In this document: positions 1-12,700 of the stretch, one piece after another
Position numbering within the stretch: the stretch's first letter is position 1
Layout: every line of letters begins with the position of its first letter
Origin: Carpediemonas membranifera BICM
Taxonomy: Eukaryota; Protista; Fornicata
Reading direction: 5' to 3'
DNA: 64,000 nucleotides
Assembly (NCBI GenBank): GCA_019828565.1
Contig: JAHDYR010000024.1
Location: 216,734-280,733 of the forward strand
Position numbers and translations under genes: made by a program
Notes under the pieces: model-generated
What the model saw: the letters and a program-made list of their open reading frames with translations, nothing else
Database searches by the model: none
Told to the model about the DNA's origin: nothing

Positions 1-2470
1 TCCAGGTTGGGTTCAACGGGCTTTGTCCCGACGTCCCCATGCGAGACGTCCCCGAGAACCCCCTGCAGTGTGTCGAAGTTTCCTCTAAGACTCTGAAGAC
101 CATCCTCAACACACTCAAGTCTGAGGCGGCCCCGGGGCCCTCCGGGCTATCGTTCCTTCACCTGAAGATCGCCTACAAGACATCAAGGCGCGAACTAGTC
201 CAGGCTCTGCTCCCGCTGGTTCAGGACATCCTGAACGGAGAAGCTTACACTGATGTGTTCAGTCATTGCATTCTCGTCCCTGTGCCGAAAGGTGAAGGGA
301 AGGTCCGAGGGGTCGCGATCGGCGACTCTATTCGCCGTGTGGCGGCAAAGGCACTCGCCTGGTCCGTCCGTAAGCGGCTGGTTGACGTCGATCGTGCCCT
401 GAAGGACCAGTTCGGAGTAGGTGAGAAGTGCGGCTTGGAGAGGTTGGGAGAGGAGGTGAGTGCAGTCTACCGAAGTGGCGGTACAGTGCTCACACTCGAC
501 CTTTCCAACGCCTATGGATGCTTGTCGAGGGCCTTCGCCATGAAGGTGGTGGCGGCCTACATGCCGGCGCTCATCCCATACCTGTCGACCATGTACCGAC
601 GGGGCTTACTTTTCTCTACCTCCGGCATCACCATGAGGTCGGCTGAAGGCATTCACCAAGGGGACCCGCTCTCGCCAATTCTTTTCAGCTTAGGCGTTAA
701 GCCCATTCTGGACGTCTTGCGCGAGGCTTTCCCTGGGTGGTGCATCCGTGCCTACCAGGATGACATTGTAGCCACCACTACCCGCCCGCTACAGTCGCCT
801 GGGGTCGGCCGTGAGGCCAACAATCTCACAGAACTCGCCGCTCAGAAGTTCAACGAGGTTGGCCTCCGCCTCAACCGTGCCAAGTGCGTGCTAGCCCATA
901 AGGATGTCGTTGACGGCAACACAACTGGTGGCGTCCCACGGAGACGCGATACCAAGCTGGTTGGTGTTCCAATCGGCTCCGCCACGCACATCATGCGGGA
1001 GCTAGGCTCTGCTAACCGCAAGGTTATGGAGCTGCTTGACGCTGCTGCATCGATGGTCTCTGACATTGGCGCGGAAGCCGTCGCCCCTGCCCTCCTAGTG
1101 ACGAAACTGTGTGCCCTCACCAAGTGGGAGCACTTCTTCCGCAATGTTTCGCCGGGCGGGGGTGACATGTTCGAGTCGCAACTGGACTTCGAACAGCAGA
1201 AGGTGGTCCCCGCCATCCTGAAGCTGCTCCAGTCCAGCGCAGAGACTGACAAGGACTTCGCCGCAAGGCTCTGTCTGCCGGTCAGTCAAGGCGGGCTCGG
1301 ATTGGCCATGCCCTCTGTTGTGTGGGCCCCAGCCTATCTGGGTGCCGCACGACAACTCATAGAGCTGAAGGTCGAAAGGCCCGAGGCTCTCATCCAAGAC
1401 GCACTGCCATGCATCCCGGCTCTCGCCGCGACGCCCAAGGATTGGCCGACATCATATGGCGATGTCAGAAAGCTCTCACTCGAGAGCACGCAGAAGAAGT
1501 TGGTACGCCTCCTGCAGGATAACATTTCCAGCCAACTGACTGTTTCAGTCGACTCGCCAAACGTGATCAGGTCTCTACTCGCGGCTGATCCAGCCGCTAT
1601 GGGTCGTAACCCCTGTGACGAGGGTGCTGCACCGATGCTTCGCAACCATGTCGGCCTTCCTGCCTTTGGAGACAGGCCACGACGTCTGTCCGCTATGCCT
1701 GGCCCGTAGTGTTAACCACCGGTCTGTCCCCTGCTCAGCCGAGCATTCTCTTACCTGTCCCTTCCTGAGGGAGGGGCTGGGATCGGAGCGGCACGACCAA
1801 ATTCGCGACACGCTCGCCAAACTGCTGCGCGGGCACCCCTGGCGCGTAAGAGTTGAGCATTGGCTCGGACGGGGCAGCGAGTGGACTGTGGACCGGACCA
1901 AACGGGTCAAGGCGCGGGCGGACCTCCTCTTGACCAGACCGGGCCATACCGAACCCGTTGTGCTTGACGTAGTGGTGAGCAATCACGCGTCTGCATCTAT
2001 GCGGAGCAAGAAGGAGCAGTACGCCAACTGGAACGTCCGGGTTATTCCCGTGGTCGTTCGCCAGAGTGGTGGTGTTGGTGCTGTGCATGGGAGAGGATGG
2101 ACCGATGAGATGCGCGACGTTTTGGGCCTTGATGCCGAAACTGTTGGGCAGATTGCCGACGCGGTCATGATGGCCTGTATGCGGCAGCAAGTTCATGTGT
2201 TCCATGCGTTCATGCGCCAGGCGGATGCTGCGCACCGTCAAGCTGAGGCTAATGGCCTCAACCACTAATACTGATGTTGTTTCTGTACTTTGAGCGTGAT
2301 CTGCGCGTTATTCGCGTTCGCGTTCGTTGTGACTGAGTGGAGAGTCGAAAGGGAGATTTCGGAGCGAGCAGTGCCTCAAACCCGACATACTGACCACTAG
2401 AGTGACGTCTTCGCTGCGCTCAGGCTCGCGAAGCTCGGCTGCGCCTCGCCGCTCGCAATACAGTTCGTCC
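1..2470 (+). mobile_element. CRE-clade-like non-LTR retrotransposon copy 1 (RT + restriction-like endonuclease), 5' end outside window
   Basis: ORF 39-1709 has RT motifs (RGVAIGDSIRR, QFGVG, LDLSNAY, GIHQGDPLSP, AYQDD). After a frameshift near 1610 it continues in ORF 1615-2268 with CPLC..H..C, HDQIRD and RADLLL..LDVVV (RLE). 3' UTR motif shared with copy 2. Confidence 0.85.
2409..2456 (+). repeat. 48-bp GC-rich 3'-terminal motif of CRE-like copy 1
   Basis: cttcgctgcgctcaggctcgcgaagctcggctgcgcctcgccgctcgc, identical at 4059-4106. Confidence 0.9.
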
Positions 2471-2541
2471 AAAAGGCAATAAACGATGCTCCCTCCCGAA
2501 ATGGAAATATCGTCATTTTCTGCGCCCCAGGCTGATCCAGA

Positions 2542-4120
2542 GACGTTACCGACGGCAACACCTCGGGAGGCGTCCCAAGAAGACGCAGCCTAAACCTCGT
2601 GGGCGTTCCGGTTGGGTCCGCTGCTCATGCGATGGGTGAGTTGGCCAAGGTCAACAGTCGCGTGATGCAACTCCTTAACGCTGCCGGAGAGATGGTGGCC
2701 AAGGAGGGGCCGGAGGCAACTGCCCCTGCGTTGATCATTGCGAAGTATTGTGCGCTCACAAAGTGGGAGCACTTCTTCCGTAACGTTCCCCCCGCAACGG
2801 GTGGAGTCGGCAACGGTCTCTACGAGGCTGAGCTCGGATTTGAGAAGAAAGAGGCGGTCCCGGCCATCCTCCGAATCCTGTCGAGCGAGGCTGAGGTCGA
2901 TGACGACTTTGCTCTCCGCCTGAGTATGCCGGTCGAAAGACGCGGGCTTGCGCTGGCAATGCCATCAGTCGTGTGGGCTCCCGCGTTCCTCGCGGCCACG
3001 AGACAACTGGCAGGGCTGGGTGTTACACGCTCACCTGACAGCGTGACGGGTGCCATCAAGTGTCTCCCGCCCCAGCTCAACACGCCGTCGAACTGGCCTA
3101 GTGGCTTGGACGATGTGAAGGCTCTTGACGCCGACCACACGCAGAAGAACTTGGTTCGCCTCGTTGAGGAATCTATTGCCACCAAGCTCTCTGTGAGTGC
3201 CGCCGTCTCGCCCAACGTCGTTCGGTCGTTCATGATGGTCGACCCGACCTCTCTTGGGCGCTCGGTAACCGATGCCGCTGTTGCCCCCATCTTCCGCAAT
3301 CACCTGGGCCTCCCCGCATTCACGCCCGGATTTGACGTCTGCCCTCTCTGCAGGGCACGCACCGTGAACCACCAGTCCGTTGTGTGCAACGCTACTCACA
3401 CCCTGTGCTGCCCATGCCTCCGTGGAGGCCTGGACGACGAGCGTCACAACGCTATCAAGGACGGGCTGGTGAGAGACCTGAAGGGTTATGGCTGGAGAGT
3501 CCAGTCCGAGGTGTGGTTGAACAAGGCCAGTGAGTGGACCATTGACCGGACCAAGCCTATGAAGGCGCGGGCGGACATCCTCCTCACGAAACCTGGCGTG
3601 AAGGCAATCGTCATTGACAACGTCGTCAGCAACCACGTGTCTCAGGCCATGACGAGCAAGCGCGCCCAGTACTCCAACTGGGACGTCAAGCTCATACCCG
3701 CGGTGACGCTTCACAACGGTGACGTTGGAAGAGTGCACGGAAGGGGCTGGACGGACGATTTGCGCGATGAACTTGGTCTTAAGGCTGAGCAGGTCCGCGA
3801 GATGGCTGATAACGCTTTCTTGGCGTGCATGAGAGGGCAAGTGCACACATATGCAGCGTTCATCAAGCAATGCGACGCAGCACATGCTGCAGCAGAGGAT
3901 TTGGGCCTCTCCCACTAATTGTTACTCAATTCTGATATTGGTGTAGCAATCGGCTCGTGCAGAGCGCTTCAGAGTGTTCTTGTTGGTTTTGTTGACTCGC
4001 CAGCGACTCACTGGATGGAGCGACGGAGGACCCCGACGCACCCCATAGCCTCAAACTGCTTCGCTGCGCTCAGGCTCGCGAAGCTCGGCTGCGCCTCGCC
4101 GCTCGCTAGACAGTTTGTCG
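2542..4120 (+). mobile_element. CRE-like non-LTR retrotransposon copy 2, 5'-truncated, divergent paralogue (ORF 2599-3918)
   Basis: Begins mid-protein (DVTDGNTSGGVPRRR vs DVVDGNTTGGVPRRR in copy 1). Retains CALTKWEHFFRNV, the CPLC/H/C zinc knuckle, HNAIKD and RADILL..IDNVV. Confidence 0.85.
4059..4106 (+). repeat. 48-bp GC-rich 3'-terminal motif of CRE-like copy 2
   Basis: Identical to 2409-2456. Confidence 0.9.
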
Positions 4121-4137
4121 TTGATTACATAAAAGTT

Positions 4138-4210
4138 TGCTCCCTCCCGGATTCGAACCGAGGACCTTGTGATTACTAATCACACGCTCTACCAACTGAG
4201 CTAAAGGAGC
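4138..4210 (-). tRNA. tRNA-Thr (anticodon AGT)
   Basis: Minus strand GCTCCTT-TAGCTCAGTTGGTAGAGC-G-TGTGA-TTAGTAA-TCACA-AGGTC-CTCGG-TTCGAAT-CCGGG-AGGGAGC-A forms a 73-nt cloverleaf with A/B boxes and TTTT downstream. Confidence 0.95.
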
Positions 4211-4253
4211 TCATGAGACGTCAGCTCCGGCGTGAGATAATGGAGCATGGGCG

Positions 4254-6711
4254 ATGGATCTGCCTGATTCGATTTATTCGAGCCGAACGAATCGGGATCG
4301 AATCAATTACGGCCAGATGGCTGAAGAAACCGAGAACAACACCGGGGACCGCACGCCTGAAGCAGAGAAGATCCCAGATCCGCAGAAGCGCATCAACGAA
4401 CTAACAGGCGAGTTATTGACGCTTCGAGATTTAATGTCGCTGGAGTGGCGCCACCCGGACTCACTAGCCATGCGTAACGAGTCCGAATGGCTGCAGATGC
4501 TCTACAGGGACATCGTCCTCCACCCGAGCTGGACAACCGAGACGATCAAGCTTCAGCTAATGCTCCGTCATGAGCTTCTCCTCATTAAGGACATCAATGG
4601 CTTTCACTACGCCGACGCAGTCAAGGACTACGTCAGAGCCCGACGTTCCAGGATCCGTGATTCCGAGAGCCTCACCGTCCTCATCGCAGAGGCCCGCTCC
4701 AGTGCCAGAGTCGCCCCCAAGAGCGATAAGCGCCCCAGAAAAAAACTAATTGTGCAAGACCATCAATCAACCGAACCACCACTCCCCACAACCCGTCGAG
4801 CGGGTTCTCTCCGCCACTCAGTGGCCGCGTGGCGGCGCTTGGGAGCGCCATCCGACGTGGTCTCTTGGGTTGGCGACGGCATACCCATCGAACTGACACA
4901 ACAACCGAGCAATCCTCGAATATTCCATCTCCCAGAGAAGGACTTAGCCAAGCTCGATCCGCTGGTGCGCGAAATGCTCTCATCGGGTGCCATACACCGC
5001 GTCTCATCGCCACCGAAGCTCACATGTCCTCTCTTTCCAGTCCCGAAGGGTACAGACAAATGGAGAGCAGTCCACAACCTCATACCGCTCAACAAGGTCT
5101 CCAAAGAGCGCCGTACGTTCCGCTTGTTCGGTGCCAAGAGAGCAGTTTTAAGCCTTGCGCCAGGAGACATGATGATGTCGCTAGATCTCCATGCAGGCTA
5201 CCACCACGTGTCCATTCACCCATCATCGCAGTCCCTCCTAGGCTTTTATTCACCGCGGCGTCCACTATCAGTTCACAGTCCTCCCATTCGGATGGTCCGC
5301 GGCGCCATTCTACTTCCAGAAGATCATGATTACCGTAGCGAAGATTATCAAGCGCCATTGCCGCGGTGTAGGAGTTGCCGTCTATCTGGACGACCTTCTA
5401 TTCTTCGGGAAGAAGAAGGCCCTTCTGCGCGAGCGCCAGCGCCTCCTGGACATCATGAATCAGCTAGGCTTTATCATCAACCACGACAAGTCAGTCCTAG
5501 AGCCCACCACAGTCCTGACATACCTCGGCATGCGCATCGACTCAGCTGCTCGGGTCATTTCCCTAGACTCGAAGAAGCGCAGCAGATACCGCCAATTGGT
5601 CGAGAGTGCGCTGATAGAAGGCAATATGAGCAACAAGAGGTGGCAATCCCTCATCGGGAAGCTATCCTTCGCATCTCTGTGCTTCCCCGACGGCCGCGCA
5701 TGGCTGAGACCTCTTCAGACAGCCACCGAGACGGAGAAAGGCTTTACGAAAGCCGTCCTCAAGGCCCTATCGTACTGGAAGCAACTGCTGAGCAGCGAAG
5801 ATCATCCTCCCCGCTCCTTCGACTCCCTGATCAGCATGTGGGGCGCAAGCCCGGCAATCGACATCCACATCCAGTCGGACGCCTCAGAAAAGGGCTTAGC
5901 TGCCATTATCAGGGACGGCTGCAAGCAGACGATCGTATCCTCCTCCGTCTCCCCCAACAGCCCGCTCCAGAACGAGTCCATTGCGGTGAAAGAGTTCTTT
6001 GCGGCGACGAACGCCGTGGAGACGCTCCTTCCACATCTAACGGACAGGGAGATCACCGTATTCATCGACAACAGCAACGCCTGCGCCTGGTTGAACAAGC
6101 AGGGATCAACGCGAGCCCCGCCGATGATCCAGGACGCTTGTCTCACCCTCTTTTCCCGCTTGGCCGCCTGCCAGATCACACTGAGAGCCCAGCACGTCAG
6201 CGGGCACCTCAATGTCTCCGCAGATGCTCTGTCGAGATACCAGCGACTGGAATGGCGGACACCACGAGGGATCCTCGCTGCCATACTGGAGGAGTGGGGC
6301 CCTCTCGAGGTCGACGTGACTGGTGGGAGGGACAAGGAGTTACTACTTCCCGGCTTCGTCGAGCGTTCGCTCACGCTGGCCGAGAGCGGCATGAGCTCGG
6401 AGTGGCGCAGCAAGAGAGTCTTCGCAGCACCACCATACGCCCTTCTTCCAGCCGTAGCCAACCGACTGGCCCTCATTCGCGCCTCACCAGCCTCACATCC
6501 GAGGCATACCAAGTCTGCAGTGGTCGTGGTGATGCCCGACGTCCAGTCCGAGGCGGTACGCCGCATCAAGGGCCTCTCCCCCTTCAAGAGAACGTTCAGG
6601 GTCTACGCGGAGGACATGAAGGACTCAGAGCTCCAGAACATCCTCGTGGGGGAAAAGCCGCGGCTCCTCGCCGTCTTCGTGCCGACGACGCCGCTTTCAA
6701 CGCAGTACTAG
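4254..6711 (+). CDS. DIRS gag-like + RT/RNase H/MT polyprotein, frameshift near 5255
   Basis: The first part of ORF 4254 joins ORF 5326-6711 across the RT LPFG region. Confidence 0.75.
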
Positions 6712-7591
6712 GTCTAGACGAGCTCAAAGGCTACGTGGCAACGACCAGGCGTGACACGGCGGGTGTCGTCTCCCAGTTCCTGACCTTCCGAGAGGCCAAC
6801 CCGGCATCGGACCGCGACATATTCCTGGCGTGGCTCGCTCGCGAGGCTGAGCTAGTAGGCCCAGACCGTCTGGCGCACCGGGGCTCGCTGGTGGTAAGGT
6901 TTGCACCCCTGGTATCAACGTGGGCACCCCCAGCTGCTCAAAAGGCATTCATCACCGAAGCGAAGCGCGCTACAGTCCCCAGGCCGCAACGCAAGGTCCC
7001 AGTGCGGGCTGCACGCATCCACCGCCTGATCCCCAAACTCGCCGGCCGCGACGAGGAGTTCCACCAAGCCTTCTTATTCGGCGTCGTTGCCTACGCAACA
7101 ATGTCGAGGCGCAGTGAGATCCTACCCCTCACTCCTCGGGATATCAGGGTGAAAGCAGGACTCGGCGTCTCTATCACCATCGACTCCACCAAGACAGGGC
7201 TTCGCGCAGTTAAGAAGTTCATCCCGTGGGTCGAAGGCGCGCTCAATCCGGCAGGGATGCTCATGGCTCACCTGCAGCGCTGGTGCCAGGACAGAGACGC
7301 CACCATCTGGAAGTCCCCCAACCTCGATGGGTCGAGGCTGGACCGAGGGCCGTTGCCCCCGCTATGCTCCAAGACAAGCTGAAGCAGGTCTTTGGAGACC
7401 CAGTTGGATCCCATAGCTTCCGTCGCGGGGCCGCAGCGGACGCTGTACTTCGCGGAATGCCCACTCCAGTGGTCATGGCCCTCGGTACTTGGAAGTCCGA
7501 GAGTTCCCTCCAGAGCTACATCGCCGAAGCGGTGCGGCTCGACCAGGAGACAGCTGTGACGAGGTGCGAATGGTTCGCGCACCTCGAATAG
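6700..7591 (+). CDS. Tyrosine recombinase of DIRS element (frameshift near 7370; start approximate)
   Basis: SRRSEI, STKT, HSFRRGAA, LGTWKS..SYI give the R-K-HxxR-W-Y catalytic set. Confidence 0.85.
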
Positions 7592-7744
7592 CAGTCGTCT
7601 CCTTCCTTTACTCGTACGGGTACGAGTGGTCCATAAAGATTGAATGGTCACCATCGGGATGGTGTAGGCGTGCGGGCGGGAAGCCCCAGGAGAATTCATA
7701 AGTGAATGTGAGTGTCTGCCTAGTCAGACGACAAGGAGAGTCTC

Positions 7745-8326
7745 ATGCGGCGCTGGAAGGAGGCCAGCCCACTGCGCCACGCTGACCCCTCCTGGAGACA
7801 GGCCTTCCTATTCGGTCTCCTGGCCTATACCACCACATCTAGGCCAGGCGAGATCTTTGCGCTCCGCAGCGAGGACATCAAGGGCAGACCAGGCAGAGGT
7901 CTCCGCATCCGTATTGTCCGCACCAAGACAGGCCGTACTGACGTCTGGAAGGTGGTTCCACGCATTGAGGGCCTGCCATTCTCCCCGGCAGACCTTCTCT
8001 TCGCACACCTGGAGGGTATGCGCCACCACAAAGGGCAGTCCGTCTGGCGTTCACCCGCTAGCATCGACGGCCGCCTCTCCCCAGACCATGCGATCGAGTA
8101 CACCGTCTTAGAGGACCAGGTCAAGGGTGTCTTTGGCAGGATCATCACCCTTCACGGCTTCCGCCGTGGCTCGGCCGCCGACCTAATCCTGGCTGGTGTG
8201 CCAGTTCCAGTGGTCGCGGCAAAAGGTACATGGGCATCAGAGGATAGTCTGATCAGATATATTGAGGACACGCTCCGCCTCGACGGGGTGTCGTCGACGA
8301 TTCCTTTCATCAAGCTTCTTGGGTAA
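7745..8326 (+). CDS. Second tyrosine recombinase (remnant of another DIRS-type element)
   Basis: SRPGEI, RTKT, HGFRRGSA, GTWAS..RYI; paralogous to the preceding YR. Confidence 0.8.
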   Translation: MRRWKEASPLRHADPSWRQAFLFGLLAYTTTSRPGEIFALRSEDIKGRPGRGLRIRIVRTKTGRTDVWKVVPRIEGLPFSPADLLFAHLEGMRHHKGQSVWRSPASIDGRLSPDHAIEYTVLEDQVKGVFGRIITLHGFRRGSAADLILAGVPVPVVAAKGTWASEDSLIRYIEDTLRLDGVSSTIPFIKLLG

Positions 8327-8772
8327 GGTTGAGGAGCCTACCCGGAGGTTACCGTTGTGCGTCAAAGTGAGACGAACGGTAAATGCATCAGGAGAGTTAT
8401 GGATAGTGTCTTGAGGGCCAAGAGAGGCCATGACCACAGCAATTGGGGCGACCGGGATAACCCCACGGATATGATTGCGTAGGCTTCCTTATCGTCTGCC
8501 TGACAGACTTGCCATACGGCAATGGACATGGGCGTCCGCGGCCCGGCGCTCCCATCATGCGATCCCGCCCCCCGGTTGTGCGGGTCCTACGACCCCACCG
8601 GGGCGCCCCGGCGGTCGGACGACGCCCGGCCAGGTGGACCAATTCGGAGGGAAAAATTTGAGCGGATCAATTTCCCCGCCCAATCCCCAGGTTTGGCCGA
8701 TGTCCGTGGAAGAACGCCTTCAGGCGCTTGAAAACCAAGTAGATGAGACGAAGGAAGAGAATGCTGCTCTGC

Positions 8773-9716
8773 AATGTGTCTGTGGTAAGGTTCAGCTCAG
8801 GCGTGGACATCGCGGGATCGGTTTCAAGTCTTCTTCCTCTCACGATTGTCCTTTTACAACAGAGAAGTTGATTAACCGACGGGTGCTAATCACCATCGAG
8901 CCGCTGCATGGTTTCGAGACCCCGACTCAGCCCTACCCCGTCTTCCGCGTGGAAAGTCTTGCCAACTCATCTGGCTATCACTTCAAGCTCAAGACGGCTC
9001 TAGAGCTCGTTGATGATGAGTGGCTGACTGCCGTTGCCCGCACCTTTAAGTCTACGTCCCATCTGGCCGAGGTACTTGAGGAGTTGGCGTCGCAGTACTC
9101 TAACTTCGACACTTACTGGGTGATACCGGGTCATTCTGATACAGAAACGTCGCGTATGATCATTGATACGTCTGCGAACGAGTTTCTGTATCACCATGAT
9201 CTGGTCCAGCTCATCCTCAGGTCATTCGAGAGCCCTTCCTTGGTGAGATCGACGCGTGTGCGTCTGATTTACTTTGCCACCTGCTCCGGACTCGACAGAT
9301 CTGAGGAGTCTCAGCTGTGCAGTGCTATTTCGACAGCCAAGTACAAGAACACATGCATTATCCTCACTCCTGAGAAGGTTCTGGCGCATGAGCTTGTTCT
9401 CCAGGACGCCTATTGGCTCTACCGCGCGACATGCCTCGACAATCCTCTTTTCTTTCTGACGAAGTACTTCTCTGGCTATCGTTTCGCGCCTGGCTCAGCA
9501 GGAAGACGGATTATAGCCAATGGTTCCTTGTCATTTCCCAACGAGGCCAGGGTCATCATGTCTGAGACTAGCTATGCCCGGCCCATTCCTCTTCCTGAAA
9601 TGCAAGACATCGTTTCTGATGTCAACGAGTATGACCCGTTAAGAACCGCCCAGAGAAGACTTATGAATGATCGATACATAAGCATGATGACCCGTGCGCT
9701 TGAGAGAGACGTGTAG
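8773..9716 (+). pseudogene. Caspase/CHAT-like protease of copy 3, 5'-truncated and fused to a foreign N-terminus
   Basis: WVIPGHS and RLIYFATCSG; near-identical to 55354-56359. Confidence 0.6.
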
Positions 9717-9753
9717 TAAACAGATATATAGACAATTAATGATCATCTCTCAC

Positions 9754-12700
9754 CTAAACAATCGGTCTCATGTCCTCTACTCGCTTATAGACAACCTTAC
9801 ATTTGCTGCAGAGGGGAACGATGTACAACTTGCCATCAATGGTGTACTGCACTTCCTCAGAGCAATGCTCACAGTACCACCAGTGACAGCCTCGGCAGCA
9901 AAGAAGAGTAGAAGCCTGTTCTTCTGCTTTCTTCGTGTTCTTGGATCTTAGGCCCTTTTTGCACGCCTGGCACTTGTTGCTGAGCCGGTAATATAGCACG
10001 CGGGACAGTAGTCCTTCTTGCCCTTCGTCCTGACACATTGCTCGTGCAGGAAACCTTTGCAAGCACAGCATCTCCTGAACGTAGTGCCGTCTGGATTGAA
10101 GAACCACTCGGGGGTACCACACAAAAGACATCCAAATAGCATTTTGCGCTGATGAAGGCTAAGGAAAGTCGTCTTACATGTCTCGGGTTCGGTAGGCGGG
10201 TCTCTCACACGGGTCTCTGAGACAAAGTCGTTGATCAGGACCTTAATACGGTCAACAACAGCATCGGACACGTTGTTAGACACCTGCTGCAGATCGTCGT
10301 CACCAAGCCTGGGTCGCTTGGCTTCCTCGTCGTCAAAGACGATCTTCTTCCGAACCGGCACCGATCGATCTGTCGTTGACTGAGGTGTGTCTGCTTCATC
10401 ACCAACACCAAGTGAAGACAGTTGCGTAGTCGACCGTATCGGTGGGATCTCTGCCTTGATCATCGTAGTCGGGGTCGATTTGACCGTTGCCTTTTGCTTG
10501 ACAGGCTTATATCTCACCCGGTTGATCACAGGCAAGTTCTCAAGGCTGATTGAGTCGGAAACATCGTTCAGTCCAGCATCTGAGAGAACTTCTGAGAGCA
10601 TCTGGCGGAACTCGGCATGGCAGGGCTGACTACGGACAGCAATGTGCTGCATGACAGAGCCATTGTACTCCGCAGAGGGTCTAACTGCTGTTATAAACGT
10701 AGTAACGCCGACAACAGTCGTCCGCCTGACCTGTTCCCGGAGTTCAATTGACTTGAACCCAGGGCATTCGGCGGCGACCCTGCGCTGGACCTCCAGAAGT
10801 ACCTTATGGATGTCGCGTGCACTCAAGTCGAGGTCAGTTGCCTCGTCGTCCTCAAATACTGAAGAAACAACGGCTGTAACAAATGAACGACGGAGATTTG
10901 CGAGCTTACTGTTGCCATACTGTCTGATGGGGGGCGTAGCAGTAATAGGTTCTGACGTGGGTTTGACCACGATTGACCTTCGGTCCAACTATGCGGATTT
11001 CCCCAAGTAAACGAATTCTCTCTTCAGTTCTAGAACTAGTGCATGAGTACTTCAATCAACACCGTTACAGGTAATTACCCCACTATCAAGCTGAAAGATG
11101 CAACCATCGAGAGTATTGACGCCTTTGAGCGTATGGGCAGGATTTTCCTTGCAACGAACAGCAAGGTTGCTCCCACGGACTTCTTGTCACTCGAAGACAT
11201 CACAGAACTTCAAGCACAATACCCCGACGTCGATTTCACGAGAGCTACCCTTGATCAACTCTCCACTCTGATGCGCAAGCTCGTAACTCCTGACAACGTC
11301 ATCGACCTGCTAGATAACCTAGCATCTCTCTCTCTTGACTGGGACAGTACCCGTAATGTCCCCAACGGCACCGCCATGGGTTCTATCGAGCGAGCAACCC
11401 GTGTGCTGGTCGCCAGCTTCCGAAACCGGATGCGTCTCTTCGACTCCCTTCCTCCGGGCGAGGACCTCCCCGAGGCCGCCACGGACGAGGAGGTATCCTC
11501 CAGACGTCACCGCTTTGAGCAGCTCTGTAGCAGACTGCTCATCGACGCTCCTCCAGCGGCCTAAGGCCCTGAAGACTAAGACGAGATGGATCTCGCTCCT
11601 ATGGGACGATGACTCCTTCGACGATACAGTCAAGTCGGCGGTCAAGGCGGCTAAGTTCCTTGACCGCCAGGGGTTCCCCCCAGGGGCCCGAAGGCCCACG
11701 TCCCGGCTCCAGCCGGCCACGTCAAGCGTGTGGGCCGAGGCCCTACGCATCCTGCCAACAGCCAGCGCCCTCAGGGCCCCAACCTCTCCAGACCTCAGGG
11801 TCAGCGCCCTTCGGGCCAGCAGGCTCCTCAGCCTCTTACCAGACCCTGCAAGTTTTGTCAGGGCTGGCACAAGGACTACCGCTGCCCTCAGCACCCGAAT
11901 TTCGCCGCTGAGGAGCGCCAGGCTCAGGCCAACGCGGCCCAGACTTCGTCTGCCGGTCCCATGACAACCACGGCAACTATAAATGGCCGTGAGTATTCTT
12001 TTACTGTTGACACTGGAGCAAGTATATGCTTTATGAGCCAGAAGGTTGTACGCCAGCTACCCAGGGACGCTGTATCAGTTGACACTGGAGAGTGGATCAC
12101 TGTGACCCTAGGGGATAACCACAAGGTTCGGACGAACCAAGTAGCTACGCTCACCTTCCGTCTAGAACGGCTCGGCCCAGTGCCCATTACGACGACCTGG
12201 AAGTTCTATGTGCTTCCAGGTGAAGCCTTTAAGGTCCTATTGGGCTGTGACCTTCTTAGGTCGCTCAAGTTCATCGACGATGAGACACTCAACTTCAACC
12301 TCGAGAAGCTAGGCTCAGAGGACGAATCAGAGTGGGTTCCATTCACTCACAGATACCTCGACGAGGATCTGAACACAGCTGAAGTGGAAGAGAACCACCC
12401 GGATATTCCGGACTCAGCGATAAAGCCCCAGCTCGAAGAGCTCGTGGCCGCTTTCCCCGATATTTGGGAAGAGTCTCTCCCCGCAGAAGGGTCTAACCTG
12501 GAGGAGATGACTATAGAGCTCGTAAACGAGCGGGACATTGTCCAGGCGAGAGCTAGAGGCCTTGCCGACGCGACAGCGGCGCTTGTAGCGACCGAGCTCG
12601 AGGAACTCTGGAGATCTGGGATTATCCGTGAGTCTCGAGGCCCTTACAGTTCCCCCATAGTGGTGGTGAAGAAAGGTCACAAGGGCTCCCAGAAAATCAG

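Larger units (their letters stand above)
4211..7740 (+). mobile_element. DIRS-type tyrosine-recombinase retrotransposon (gag-like, RT, RNase H, adenine-MTase-like, YR); boundaries approximate
   Basis: RT (FPVPKG..KWRAVHNL, LDLHAGYHHV, VYLDDLL), RNase H (SDAS, AVKE, IDNS, NVSADALSR), MT-like (VDVT..FAAPPY) and an overlapping YR ORF. Confidence 0.85.

Noticed and set aside
8475-9716. 413-aa ORF as a genuine gene
   Set aside because: It is a chimera across a junction at 8773 between a DIRS-like leader and the truncated transposon protease.
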